The translations under genes were made by a program, and so were the position numbers. Below the pieces are notes generated by a model. That model made no database searches. It was not told where the DNA came from and saw only the letters and a list, made by a program, of their open reading frames with translations. Shown piece by piece: positions 1 to 9,838 of a DNA stretch of 64,000 nt. Numbering within the stretch: the first letter of the stretch is position 1; every line of letters begins with the position of its first letter. Origin of the DNA: an uncultured Planctomycetaceae bacterium (GTDB lineage: Bacteria; Planctomycetota; Planctomycetia; Planctomycetales; Planctomycetaceae); the NCBI GenBank assembly GCA_963813715.1, contig CAWFAK010000005.1:672001-736000 (forward strand), written 5' to 3'.

Positions 1-197
1 TCTGCAGGTTTTTCGGGCAGGGGGCGAAATATTGGACAAAGTCGCCGTAGGAAATGCACTGAGATTCGTGCCCAAAAACCCGAGTTTTAAAAGTAGAAAA
101 GCTGGATAAACTCAAAAAATACGTAGAAAAGGAGGGGCCGCTGGGCTTAAAGTATTTGGGAACTTCTGTTCACCAATTCCACAAGAGACTCGCACCC

Positions 198-799
198 ATG
201 CGACAACTTCTCGTGCTGTGCGTACTGTTTTCGATGGCCGGCAAAGCCTTTGCTGCCGATAACGCCACTCCTAATACACCGTCGGATTCGACGGCAACAA
301 ACAAAACACCGAAAGAGAAAGAGAAGGATCTCGTATTCGCTAGCCGTGGCAACCTCCTACACGCTGGCAAAAACGCCTTCCTCGACAACTCCAGCGTTGA
401 TCGCCCGACTGATCGCGATCGATACCCTCGGAGAGGTCTGGCGCCAATTCGCAGGAGGCCGCGTCACGGCTGCAGCAACTAGTGGCCTTGATCTACACGA
501 CGGGTGTAAGTCCTGACGACAAATCCATCTTCGCGATACATGTGATCCATGCGCTAGGCAAATGCGGCTGGCGAGGAGCAAGGCATGGTAGGAGATTTGG
601 CCAACATTGCCGGGGTCGATCCAGCACTGACGCCGATCATCCAGCAAGCCGTCAGCGACATCGGTTAGCTCCAAAGCCCCGACTCCGACCCAAGCCCGCT
701 CAGAACCAGCAACAGCAGCCACCAGACCCCAAGGTGATCGCTGTCCAAACTCAGTTGAAGGCCGTGCAGCAGGCGTTGACGCGCTTAGTAAGGCAGTGA
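198..799 (+). CDS. Putative secreted orphan protein, apparently frameshifted
   Basis: ATG198 begins a signal peptide (MRQLLVLCVLFSMAGKAFA-AD); coding-like text continues across overlapping ORFs 250-516 and 482-799; lower GC than the rest of the window. Confidence 0.4.
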
Positions 800-1489
800 G
801 CGGACTTCAGACTGCAGTTGGCCAACTCCCGGGAGCGCAGCAGCCGGCGATGCCATAGTCTCGACGCGCGATTCGCTTAGCAGTGGCGCGGGGGTCAAGC
901 CACCTTTGGTGACCACTAGTTGCGTCCGGTGGGCAAGCGTACGTCATCCGACTGCGGCGCCGGACAGTACGTCAATCGCCCCGGACGCGACATCGTAATT
1001 GCGCCGACGAGCAATATCCGATCTTGGGCAACCAGCGCGCTCAGCGTCTGGCTCTGCTACGCGAGCGATATGACTGTGTGAAGGACGATGGCGGCGGCGA
1101 CGTTGTCGACGCTCTCTCGCTGCGGAAGTGCCGCCTCCTCAGAGGCCTGAAGAGGGGCTCGGTTTGCGTGCTTGCCCACCCAAAAATCTTTCCGAGTAGT
1201 TTCCACGCGCGAAGAAACTTGGGGTTCGTGGTAGCCGCTGTTGCCGATACGCTGGAGGTAGGGGGCGTGCTGCGACGCTGGTATGCGCCGGGGAACTCTT
1301 CGTTACCGGGAGCGGGTCGTGCTTGGTCCACACCGAGCGGCCGGCGGTCAATGTGTGGCCGGTGGGTCGGGTCACATTGTTTCAATAGGTACTTGCCCCA
1401 CCTTGTCACCTGCTCACCGCTCATTCCTCTGTTCGGCTCCGAGGCAGAGCCAGTCGGTATTTGTCCGGAGCGGAAAGATGCTCGGCGAC

Positions 1490-1880
1490 GACGAAAGTTT
1501 CGTCCCCGGCGGGGTGGGGATCCTTTTTTCGGTAGAGGGGAAGAATCCCCGGCGCCTCCGGCAGACGATTCGGGACGGGGCACGGCGGCGGGACGGGACA
1601 CGTTGTTTCATCGAGAAAAGCGCGGCGAAATAGACCTTCCACCCGGGTCCCGAGAGCGGCTGAAAGTGCGGGACACATTGCTTTGCGTCCACGGTCCCGC
1701 GTCCAAAGTCGCAGGGAGCACGAGGGAATCGTGCTGGCGGTGGGACGGGGCATATCCTCTTGCTTGGTAGTGGATCCACCAGGACGGTGACCCAGCGCCG
1801 GGACGGAACGCAAGGAGCTGCTCCCTCCGAATCCAAAGCGGACTGGCGAGGGAAGGAACGGGACGGGACGCGGGACTGGT
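1490..1880. repeat. GGGAC-rich non-coding repeat cluster
   Basis: About 11 GGGAC/GTCCC copies including GGGACGGGAC tandems at ~1590 and ~1860; resembles the reverse complement of 26186-26305. Confidence 0.55.
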
Positions 1881-1899
1881 TAGCGGTCGCCGGGCCGCA

Positions 1900-4152
1900 T
1901 CAGTGCCTTTCGGACACGACGTCGATGGCGCCAGACGCCACGTCGTATATCGCGCCGACGATGAGAATGCGTCCCTCTTTCACCAGGGCGCTGATCGTTT
2001 GGCTCTGCTGAGTGATCATCTCCACCGTTCGCAGGACGTTGGCGCGGGCCACGCTGTCGACGAGCGCGTTCTGTTCTGGCTGCGGGAGCCGGTCGTAGTT
2101 GCGAGTTTCGCCCGCTGCGATGGCATGTTGAATGTCGCGGAGAATCGGCTCGATGTGCTGGCAGCCGGTGACCTGGTCGAGCGGTTCCGTCAGTCCGGCC
2201 GTTTTGACGGCCGTAGTCACCGCTCCGCAGCGAGTATGGCCCAGGACGAGAATGAGTTTGGCTCCAGCGACGGCGCAGGCGTACTCCATGCTGCCCAGCA
2301 CATGCTGGCTGGCGACGTTGCCGGCGATGCGCACGCTGAAGATGTCCCCCAGGCCCATGTCGAAGATCAATTCCGCGGGACTGCGCGAGTCGATGCAGCT
2401 TAAGACCACGGCGAGCGGATGCTGCCCGGCAGCCGTCGCCCGCACCTGGCCGACCAGGTCGCGAGTGAGCCGTTTGCCGCTGCGGAAACGCTCGTTGCCT
2501 TGCTTGAGGATCTCGAGCACCTGTTGCGGGTTGACCTTGCTCTGTAGCTCGCGCGTCGAGTAGTCGACGTACTGCACCTGGTCCTCAATCTGATACTGCT
2601 CGCGGAAGCCGAGGACGCTGACTTCCACGCCGCGGGCCGGGGCCGTCTTTTCACGGAAGTCGCGGATCAGGTCGAGGATGTCGGGATCGATGTAATCGGT
2701 GTCGACCGCGTCCAACAGCACATGGCCGCCCGCGGGCACCTCGTCAAAGAGCTTGGAGAGCGCGGCCCGGTTCAAAAAGCTGACCTGGTTGGCAAGTGCA
2801 ATGTGCAGCACTTCCCCGCCGAGGTGCTTTTCCTCGAAACGGCGGATCGGTTGGCGGAGGTTGCTCATCAGAATGAATGTGAGGCTCACGGCCAGACCGA
2901 TGAGGACGCCGGTGAGCAGATCTGTGAAGACGATCGCCAGCACCGTCAGCGCGAAGGGCAGGAACTGGTAACGCCCCTCGCTCCACATTTGTTTGAAGAG
3001 CGACGGCCGGGCCAGCTTGGTTCCCGTCATCAGCAGGATGGCAGCCAGGCACGAAAGGGGAATCGCGTTGAGCCAGGTCGGGATTAGAACGACGCAACCC
3101 AAGAGCAGCAGGCCATGGACAATCGTCGCCACTTTCGTCTTGCTGCCCGAGTTGACGTTCACCGAGCTGCGGACGATCGCCGAGCTGATGGGCAGTCCGC
3201 CGATGAGCCCGCAGGCGACATTGCCGATCCCCTGTACCCAGAGTTCGCGGCTGGAGGGGGAGCTGCGTTGGTGCGGATCGATCTTGTCGACGGCCTCGAG
3301 ATTCAGCAGCGTTTCGAGCGAGGCGACGGCGGCGATGGTCAGGCCGGCCATGTAGACCGCCGGATTATTCAATTGCGAGAAATCGGGTGATCGGAGGAAT
3401 CCGAAAAACTCGGTCGCACTGCGGGCCACCGGGACTTGCACGAGGTGTTTGAGGTTAACGGCCCACGGTTCGCCCATCCGCGTAAGCAGCAGGTTTCCGC
3501 CGGCGCCGAATAGCACCACGACCAACGGTGCTGGAATCGGCAGTTTCTTGAGGATGCTCAACCGCTCCCAGAGAACGAGAATTGTCAGCGACACGATACC
3601 GATCAATCCCGCGCCCCGATGAAATCGGAACAGCGAGATCCACAGATCGGAAAACGTGTTCTGGCCGTCGGCCGACTGGTAAAAGGCCATGTCCCCTTCG
3701 GGGTCTGCATCCCATCCCAACAGGTGCGGTGTCTGCTTGAGAATCAGGAGCAAACCGATGGCCGCCAACAGGCCCTTAATCACGCTCGAGGGAAAGAAGG
3801 CGGCGACGAAACCGGCCCGAGCGACGCCGAGCGCGATCTGAATCAGCCCCGCGACCACGATCGCCAGCAAGAAAGCGTCAAACGAGCCGACGGCGACGAG
3901 TTGTACCACGACGATGGCCGTCAGCCCGGGCGAGGGGCCGCTCACGCTCGTGTGCGACCCGCTGAGCACGCCGACCACCATGCCGCCAACAATGCCCGCG
4001 AGTAACCCCGCGAAGTAGGGGGCATTCGAGGCGGATGCCACTCCCAAACACAGCGGCAAGGCCGCAAGGAAGACGACCAACCCGGCGACAAGATCGTTTT
4101 TGAGCGTGTCGGCGGAGAGGGGCTTGAGAGACGGACGCTGCACTTGAGACAT
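1900..4152 (-). CDS. SulP anion transporter-STAS-beta-carbonic anhydrase fusion
   Basis: SulP start DLVAGLVVFLAALPLCLGVA, VSGP and NSGSKTK motifs; STAS-like linker; beta-CA zinc motifs CIDSR and HTRCG; start placed at ATG4152. Confidence 0.93.
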   Translation of the reverse strand: MSQVQRPSLKPLSADTLKNDLVAGLVVFLAALPLCLGVASASNAPYFAGLLAGIVGGMVVGVLSGSHTSVSGPSPGLTAIVVVQLVAVGSFDAFLLAIVVAGLIQIALGVARAGFVAAFFPSSVIKGLLAAIGLLLILKQTPHLLGWDADPEGDMAFYQSADGQNTFSDLWISLFRFHRGAGLIGIVSLTILVLWERLSILKKLPIPAPLVVVLFGAGGNLLLTRMGEPWAVNLKHLVQVPVARSATEFFGFLRSPDFSQLNNPAVYMAGLTIAAVASLETLLNLEAVDKIDPHQRSSPSSRELWVQGIGNVACGLIGGLPISSAIVRSSVNVNSGSKTKVATIVHGLLLLGCVVLIPTWLNAIPLSCLAAILLMTGTKLARPSLFKQMWSEGRYQFLPFALTVLAIVFTDLLTGVLIGLAVSLTFILMSNLRQPIRRFEEKHLGGEVLHIALANQVSFLNRAALSKLFDEVPAGGHVLLDAVDTDYIDPDILDLIRDFREKTAPARGVEVSVLGFREQYQIEDQVQYVDYSTRELQSKVNPQQVLEILKQGNERFRSGKRLTRDLVGQVRATAAGQHPLAVVLSCIDSRSPAELIFDMGLGDIFSVRIAGNVASQHVLGSMEYACAVAGAKLILVLGHTRCGAVTTAVKTAGLTEPLDQVTGCQHIEPILRDIQHAIAAGETRNYDRLPQPEQNALVDSVARANVLRTVEMITQQSQTISALVKEGRILIVGAIYDVASGAIDVVSERH

Positions 4153-4339
4153 GGAATTGAAGTTCTTCAGAAGGCGTCGTCGGCCGGCGTTGTCCCTTTG
4201 GTTTGCCCGCCCGTCCGAGAGCAACCGATCGTATCGCCGCGTCCCGCGGTTGCCAACGACGTCGCCGCAGTCGTTCGCCGAGCGGGCGCGCCGATTTACC
4301 CTGCCGGTGGCGCCGGCTACGATTACCGCGGGAGGCCGG

Positions 4340-5573
4340 ATGACCCTTGATGCCTGTTCGACGTCGGAGCCGCGGCGCGACGCCAAATCGCTGGTGATAC
4401 TTCCCTCAATCGGAGCCGTGCCGCACGCCGACGGGCAGATCACCATCACGCGCAAATTTCTCGACGGCGTCGCCGAGATGGCGCGGCACTGGCCGGGTCC
4501 CGTCGAGGTGATTCTGCCGCCGCTCGAGGCGGCGACCGACAATCTCGATTCGATTCGGATCGACCCCCGCGAACGCGGCATCTCGATCAAGGTCATTCCG
4601 TTCGAAGACAACCTGCGGATGACCCGAGAACTTGAGGGCGCCGGGATCGCGCTGGCCTCCGTTTATTACAAGCTCAACAACGCGGCCGTGTGGTGCGGGA
4701 AAGTTCACGTCCCCTGCGTCTACGTCGCCGAGTACACGTTGAAGACCCGGCTGCAGATTCTCGATACCGAAGTCTCCAATCCTCTGGTCCGCGCGCGGCG
4801 ACGGCTCTGGGAATATGGTCAGGAGCGTCGGATCAAGGCGGCTCTCCGCATCTCGGCCGGCGTGCAATGCAACGGCACTCCCACCCATGACGCTTATCAG
4901 CCGATCTGTCCCAGCTCGCTCTTGTTCTTTGACGGTCGCGTCGAGCGGAGCTTGCTGATCTCGCCCGATGCGCTCGAACGACGGCTCGAAGCTCTGCGCC
5001 GGTCGTCCGCTACGGTTGGCCTTCTCCGGTCGCCTGATCCGAATGAAAGGCGCGGACCATCTGCCGCTCGTCGCCCAAGAACTCAAGCGGCGGCGAGTGC
5101 CGTTCGAGCTGACCATCTGCGGCGACGGCGTTCTTGCGGACAGTCTGCGGCAGCAGATCCGTTCGCTGGGGCTGGAAGACTGCGTGCGGATGACCGGCGT
5201 GCTCGACTTCGCCCGCGAGCTCGTCCCCTTCGTGAAAGAAAAGGTCGACGCCTTTGTCTGTTGCCACCGGCAAGGCGACCCCTCGTGCACGTATATCGAA
5301 ACGATGTCCTGTGGCGTGCCCATCATCGGTTATGCCAACGAGGCTCTCGACGGCATCTTGCGGCGAACGCCCGTGGGCAGTGGTGTGCCCATCGATGACG
5401 TCTCGGCGCTGGCCGATGCCATTGCCCGTTTGCATGCCGATCGCGAATCGCTGGCCGCAATGTCGCGCCGCGCCCTCGATTTCGCAGCGGACAACACGTT
5501 CGAGGAGACCTTTCGCAAGCGGATCGAGCACCTGCAAGGGCTCGCGCACGAGCGAAGCCAAGACCAGGGCTGA
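4340..5573 (+). CDS. Glycosyltransferase family 4 (frameshift near 4998)
   Basis: N-terminal half in the 4151 frame, C-terminal half in the 4968 frame with FSGRLIRMKG and DPSCTYIETMSCGVPII. Confidence 0.85.
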
Positions 5574-5867
5574 GACTCTCCACTTCTGCGAGTCGGGCCA
5601 CTTCTGCAAGTCGGGATGAGCGGGCGGCGTCGAAACGGCGGCACCGGCCTGAAGGCGTTCCAAAAGCGAGGGACTCGGGTTTTCCAGTTCGCCCGTCGCG
5701 GTCTCCAAAGCTAGGCAGAGCGTTTGCCATTCGTTGACGGCGAGGCGACAGGCCTCGCAGGTCGCGAGATGCTGGTCGAAGGCCAACCGCAGCTCCGCGG
5801 GCAACTCGCCCGCCAGGTAATCGTCGAGTGAGTCACAAAGAACAAAATCGTCGGTCAGCTCATTCAT
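5550..5867 (-). CDS. Zinc-binding anti-sigma factor (zf-HC2), 3' end truncated or overlapping GT4
   Basis: LDDYLAGEL...HLATCEAC (HxxxCxxC) directly downstream of an ECF sigma gene; frame then runs antisense through GT4 without a nearby stop; end coordinate approximate. Confidence 0.7.
5581..5616. repeat. 18-bp tandem duplication inside the anti-sigma gene
   Basis: CACTTCTGCGAGTCGGGC then CACTTCTGCAAGTCGGGA; encodes PDLQKW-PDSQKW. Confidence 0.8.
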
Positions 5868-6389
5868 TGCTGCTTGTCGTTCCCGATCGGAGGGCGGAGT
5901 TGATCGCCGTCTTTTCCGTTTGCTCGCGCAGTCGTTTGCGGGCCAGGCTGAGATTGACCTTCACCGCGTTCGTGTTGATTCCCAAAACATCGGCCACCTC
6001 ACTCGCCGAAAGCCCTTCGACCGCGACCAGGTACAGGACGGTGCGTTGTTGCACGGGCAGGCCGTTGAGCAGGCTGAGGGTCCGCTCAAGGCTCTCACGC
6101 AATTCGCTGCACTGCTCGGGCGTCGGCTCCCGATCGGGAGCGTCTTTCGGTAGAGGCGACCACAAGGCGCTCCGGACCCGGCTTTGCCGCAGCTCGTCCT
6201 TCCAAATATTGGCGGCGATGTGAAACAGCCAGACCCGCTCGGCCCGCGTGTCCTTAAGTTGCGAGCGGCTCTTCCAGGCACGCAGAAATGTCTCCTGAGT
6301 CAGAATCCTCCGCGCGATGGCGATCTCCCGTGAGCCGCAGGCGCGAGGCGGTACACGTGCGGGAGATGCTCGGCCAGCCCTTCGCGCAC
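5860..6389 (-). CDS. ECF RNA polymerase sigma factor (two frameshifts near 6342 and 6304)
   Basis: Reconstructed VREGLAEHLPHVYRLA/LRLTGDRHRAED/LTQETFLRAW...WLFHIAAN; region 4 EGLSASEVADVLGINTNAVKVNLSLAR. Confidence 0.85.
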
Positions 6390-6624
6390 CGATCACCTGA
6401 CAGCGGCTGAGGGATGAGTGGAGTCGATCGCGGCGAATCGCGGAACTCGGCGGCACCAAGGCTGATCGCAGTCTAACTAAGAAGACGAGCCCGAGGCGAA
6501 AAGGTTAAAGAGAAAACCTCGCAGATTGGTGACTTGCACGCGGCTCGTATGCTCTGGGGCCGACCGGACGCAATAATGTGGGCCGGCGGCGAACCGGAGT
6601 TGCCACGATTCAGGCGAAGGTCCT

Positions 6625-7986
6625 ATGAAAACCATCATCGAACCGTTTCGGATCAAAGTCGTCGAGCCCTTGCGCTTCCGAACTCGCGAAGAGCGAGAGG
6701 CGATCGTGCGCCAGGCCGGCTTCAACATGTTCTTGATTCCGGCCGAAGACGTGCTGATCGACTTGCTCACCGACAGCGGCACGGGGGCGATGAGCAGCCT
6801 GCAGTGGGCAGGCGTGATGGCGGGGGACGAGAGCTACGCCGGCTCGCCCAGTTTCTTCCGCTTCGAGAAATCGCTCCGCGAGATCACCGGCTTCGAGCAC
6901 ATCCTGCCGACGCATCAGGGGCGAGCCAGCGAGCGAATTCTCTTCGAGCTGTTGGGAGGAGCGGGACGGGTCGTCCCCAACAACGCCCATTTCGACACGA
7001 CCCGGGCCAATATCGAGCATTCGGGGGCCGAGGCGATCGACCTGCCGATTGCCGAGGCGCGGCAGCCGCGCCTGCGTCAGCCGTTCAAGGGGAACATGGA
7101 TGTCGCCGCGCTCGAAGCGCTCATCGAGCGGGTCGGCCCGACGAATGTGCCCGTCGTGATGTGCACCGTCACCAGCAACAACTTCGGCGGCCAGCCGGTC
7201 AGCCTGGAAAACCTGCGGGCGATCCGCAAAGTCTGCGACCGCTTTCGTCTGCCGCTTTTTCTTGGACGCCTGCCGGTTTGCCGAGAATGCCTGGTTCATC
7301 AAACAGCGGGAGAGCGGTCAGCAGCGATCGGCCCGTGCCCGGCGATCGTGCGCGACATGTTCGACCTGGCCGACGGAGCCACCATCAGCGCCAAGAAAGA
7401 CGGCCTGGTCAACATCGGCGGCGTGCTGCTCCTGCGCGACGAGGCCCTCTTCCAGCGGGCCAGCAACCTGCTGATCCTCACCGAGGGGTATGTCACGTAC
7501 GGCGGCCTTTCCGGTCGCGACCTGGAAGCGATGGCTCAAGGCTTTCGCGAAGTGCTCGACGAAGACTATCTCCGCTATCGCATCCGCAGTGCCGAGTATG
7601 TTGGCGAGAGACTGCTGGCCGGCGGCATTCAAATCATCGAACCGCCGGGGGGACACGCCATCTACATCGACGCGACGGCCTTCTGTCCGCACATCCCGGC
7701 CGAGCAATTCCCCGGGCAGGCACTGGTCGTCGGCCTCTACCGCCACGCCGGTATTCGCGGAGTGGAGATCGGCTCGGTGATGTTCGGCGGAGGCGGCCAC
7801 GAACGGCCGGCGCTCGAACTGGTGCGGCTCGCCTTTCCCCGCCGCGTCTACACGCAATCGCACATGGACTACGTGGTCGAGGCGACGATCGAACTCTTTC
7901 GCGAACGCGACAAACTCCGCGGACTGAGGATCCTGTCCGAGCCACCCGCGCTGCGTCACTTCACGGCCCAGTTCGAGGAGATCTAG
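6625..7986 (+). CDS. tnaA: Tryptophanase (compensating indels at ~7263-7340)
   Basis: EPFRIKVVEP, DLLTDSGT, PTHQGR, PLP lysine SAKKD; EIGS and LRHFTA match tryptophanase rather than tyrosine phenol-lyase (ERG, LRFFTA); DACRFAENA lies in the alternate frame. Confidence 0.9.
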   Translation: MKTIIEPFRIKVVEPLRFRTREEREAIVRQAGFNMFLIPAEDVLIDLLTDSGTGAMSSLQWAGVMAGDESYAGSPSFFRFEKSLREITGFEHILPTHQGRASERILFELLGGAGRVVPNNAHFDTTRANIEHSGAEAIDLPIAEARQPRLRQPFKGNMDVAALEALIERVGPTNVPVVMCTVTSNNFGGQPVSLENLRAIRKVCDRFRLPLFLGRLPVCRECLVHQTAGERSAAIGPCPAIVRDMFDLADGATISAKKDGLVNIGGVLLLRDEALFQRASNLLILTEGYVTYGGLSGRDLEAMAQGFREVLDEDYLRYRIRSAEYVGERLLAGGIQIIEPPGGHAIYIDATAFCPHIPAEQFPGQALVVGLYRHAGIRGVEIGSVMFGGGGHERPALELVRLAFPRRVYTQSHMDYVVEATIELFRERDKLRGLRILSEPPALRHFTAQFEEI

Positions 7987-8021
7987 CGAGTCCAGCCGCG
8001 GTTCGAGAGGGCGAGGTGCCG

Positions 8022-8854
8022 ATGTCTCACTTCATCTGCGTCACGTGCGGGACTCAGTTTGCCGCCAGCGATCGGCCGCCGGACAAGTGCGAAATCTGCC
8101 AGGACGAGCGGCAATATGTCGGTTGGAGCGGCCAACAGTGGACCACGCTCGAGCAACTCCGCGAGTCTCACCGCAGCGTCCTGCGGCTCGAAGAACTGGG
8201 TCTCTACGGCATTGGCATGGAGCCGTCTTTCGCCATTGGCCAGCGAGCCTTGTTGGTCACGAGTCCGCACGGCAACGTGCTCTGGGACTGTATCCCGCTC
8301 CTTGATCCGGCTCTGCTCGAAATGATCCGCGGCATCGGCGGGCTGGCGGCCATTGCTATCAGCCATCCGCATTATTACGCCAGCATGGTCGAGTGGAGTC
8401 GCGCCTTTGATTGCCCGATCTTCCTGCATGCTGCCGACCGGCAATGGGTCATGCGGCCGGATGCGGCCGTCACGTTTTGGGAAGGCGAGACGAAGACCAT
8501 CGGAGCCGGCCTGACGTTGATTCATTGCGGCGGCCATTTCGACGGCGGCACGGTCCTCTATTGGCCGAGCGGGGCGGACGGAAGAGGCGCCCTCTTGAGC
8601 GGCGACATTCTTCAAGTGGTGCAGGATCGCCGTTGGATCAGCTTCATGTATTCGTATCCCAACCTGATCCCGCTCTCCGCGCCGGCCATCCGCCGGATCG
8701 TCGCGGCGGTCGAACCGTTTCATTTCGAACGGATCTACGGTGCGTGGTGGGGGAAAGTCATCGCAAAGGACGCAAAGGAGACGGTGCGACGCTCCGCCGA
8801 GCGATACATCAAGGCGATCTGCATCCGGAGACGACGGTTGACAAGGCAACATGA
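8022..8854 (+). CDS. Metallo-beta-lactamase-fold hydrolase
   Basis: ICVTCGTQF..CEICQDERQYV N-terminus, ISHPHYY, GGHFDGG, LLSGD; true end uncertain (8854 assuming one frameshift, 9029 as called). Confidence 0.85.
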
Positions 8855-8903
8855 ATTGCAGAGCGAACGCAGCCGAATCGGAAGCACGGAGAAGCGGCCC
8901 TGG

Positions 8904-8948
8904 AAACAAGAAAGCCACAAGCTCCACGTGATGAGGAACTTGCGGCTT
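8904..8948 (-). terminator. Intrinsic terminator, probable displaced original tRNA-Asp terminator
   Basis: Minus strand AAGCCGCAAGTTCC-9 nt-GGAGCTTGTGGCTT (14 bp with G-U pairs) then TCTTGTTT. Confidence 0.7.
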
Positions 8949-9006
8949 ATCTGGAGCGAGGCCTGGGAAGACCTTGGGAACGAGAAGCAAAGTGAGAGAT
9001 CCCGGT

Positions 9007-9522
9007 ATGGCCGAGAGCCCGCTGCGTAACTTTGCAATTCGACCGGCGGGGCCGGCGGATGTGCCGGTCATTCTGTCGCTGATTCGAGACTTAGCCGAAT
9101 ACGAGCGGCTTTCGCATGAGGTGGAGGCGACCGAAGAGTGTCTAGGGCGTAATCTGTTTGGAGAGCGGCAGTACGCGGAAGCGCTGATCGGCGAACTGAG
9201 GGGAGAGCCGGTCGCCTTTGCGGTCTACTTTCACAACTTTTCGACATTCCTGGGCAAGCCTGGGCTCTATCTGGAAGACTTGTTCGTCAAACCCAACGCG
9301 CGCGGGTTGGGGATCGGCGGAGCGATCCTGCGGCGCCTCGCACGAATCGCGGTCGAGCGTGATTGTGGTCGACTAGAATGGTCGGTGCTGGATTGGAACA
9401 AGCCTGCAATCGCGTTTTACGAATCGCTGGGTGCAATTCCGATGGGCGATTGGACGATTCATCGAGTGACCGGGAATGCTTTGCGATCTTTGGCAGAGTC
9501 GGAGGGGAAGAGGTCGCAATAG
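9007..9522 (+). CDS. GNAT N-acetyltransferase (diamine acetyltransferase-like)
   Basis: DLAEYERL, NFSTFLGKPGLYLEDLFV, ARGLGIG, EWSVLDWNKPAIAFY. Confidence 0.92.
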   Translation: MAESPLRNFAIRPAGPADVPVILSLIRDLAEYERLSHEVEATEECLGRNLFGERQYAEALIGELRGEPVAFAVYFHNFSTFLGKPGLYLEDLFVKPNARGLGIGGAILRRLARIAVERDCGRLEWSVLDWNKPAIAFYESLGAIPMGDWTIHRVTGNALRSLAESEGKRSQ

Positions 9523-9535
9523 GAAGGATCCCGAC

Positions 9536-9625
9536 ATGGAGGCACGGACTCGTGATGATCGACACTCTGCCGCCTCTTACCTGTTGGGCGGCGTGGACAA
9601 CTCACGAGAACGACTTGGCGCATTG
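9536..9625 (+). pseudogene. Tyrosine integrase C-terminal relic
   Basis: DDRHSAASYLLGGVDNSRERLG(H after a 1-nt indel) resembles the HxLRHxxAS...LGH box II motif. Confidence 0.5.
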
Positions 9626-9746
9626 GAACAAACTCGTCAACGTGCCGAGCCGGCCGAGGTCGTCGGCGTCCCCTCAACGAGGGTCCAATTCACAGCCCTT
9701 CGATCGTCGCAACCGATTGCAATACACCGCAATGCCACCCGCGTGA

Positions 9747-9768
9747 TGTCCCCAAATTGTCCCCAAAT
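9747..9768. repeat. Tandem 11-mer TGTCCCCAAAT x2 (arm-type site candidate)
   Basis: Perfect tandem ~70 bp from the tRNA 3' end. Confidence 0.7.
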
Positions 9769-9792
9769 CAAATCAGACCGTACTCCGACTCG

Positions 9793-9831
9793 AAAACGAA
9801 AATAGCCGCAAACCCTATGATTTGCGGCTAT
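9793..9831 (-). terminator. Terminator downstream of tRNA-Asp
   Basis: ATAGCCGCAAA / TTTGCGGCTAT 11-bp stem then TTTCGTTTT on the minus strand. Confidence 0.75.
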
Positions 9832-9838
9832 CTCTGAG

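Noticed and set aside
1024..1770. 248-aa plus-strand and 186-aa minus-strand ORFs
   Set aside because: Arg/Pro/Ser-rich translations without motifs, overlapping the GGGAC repeat element
4153..4611. N-terminal extension of the SulP ORF
   Set aside because: Antisense to GT4; SulP similarity begins after ATG4152
6549..6625. Trp-containing upstream frame (MLWGRPDAIMW) as a TnaC-like leader
   Set aside because: No stop before tnaA and no WxxxD...P-stop pattern of TnaC
6534..9029. 831-aa ORF spanning tnaA and the MBL gene
   Set aside because: Off-frame shadow of tnaA that happens to join the MBL frame; the MBL has its own RBS (GAGGTG) and ATG at 8022
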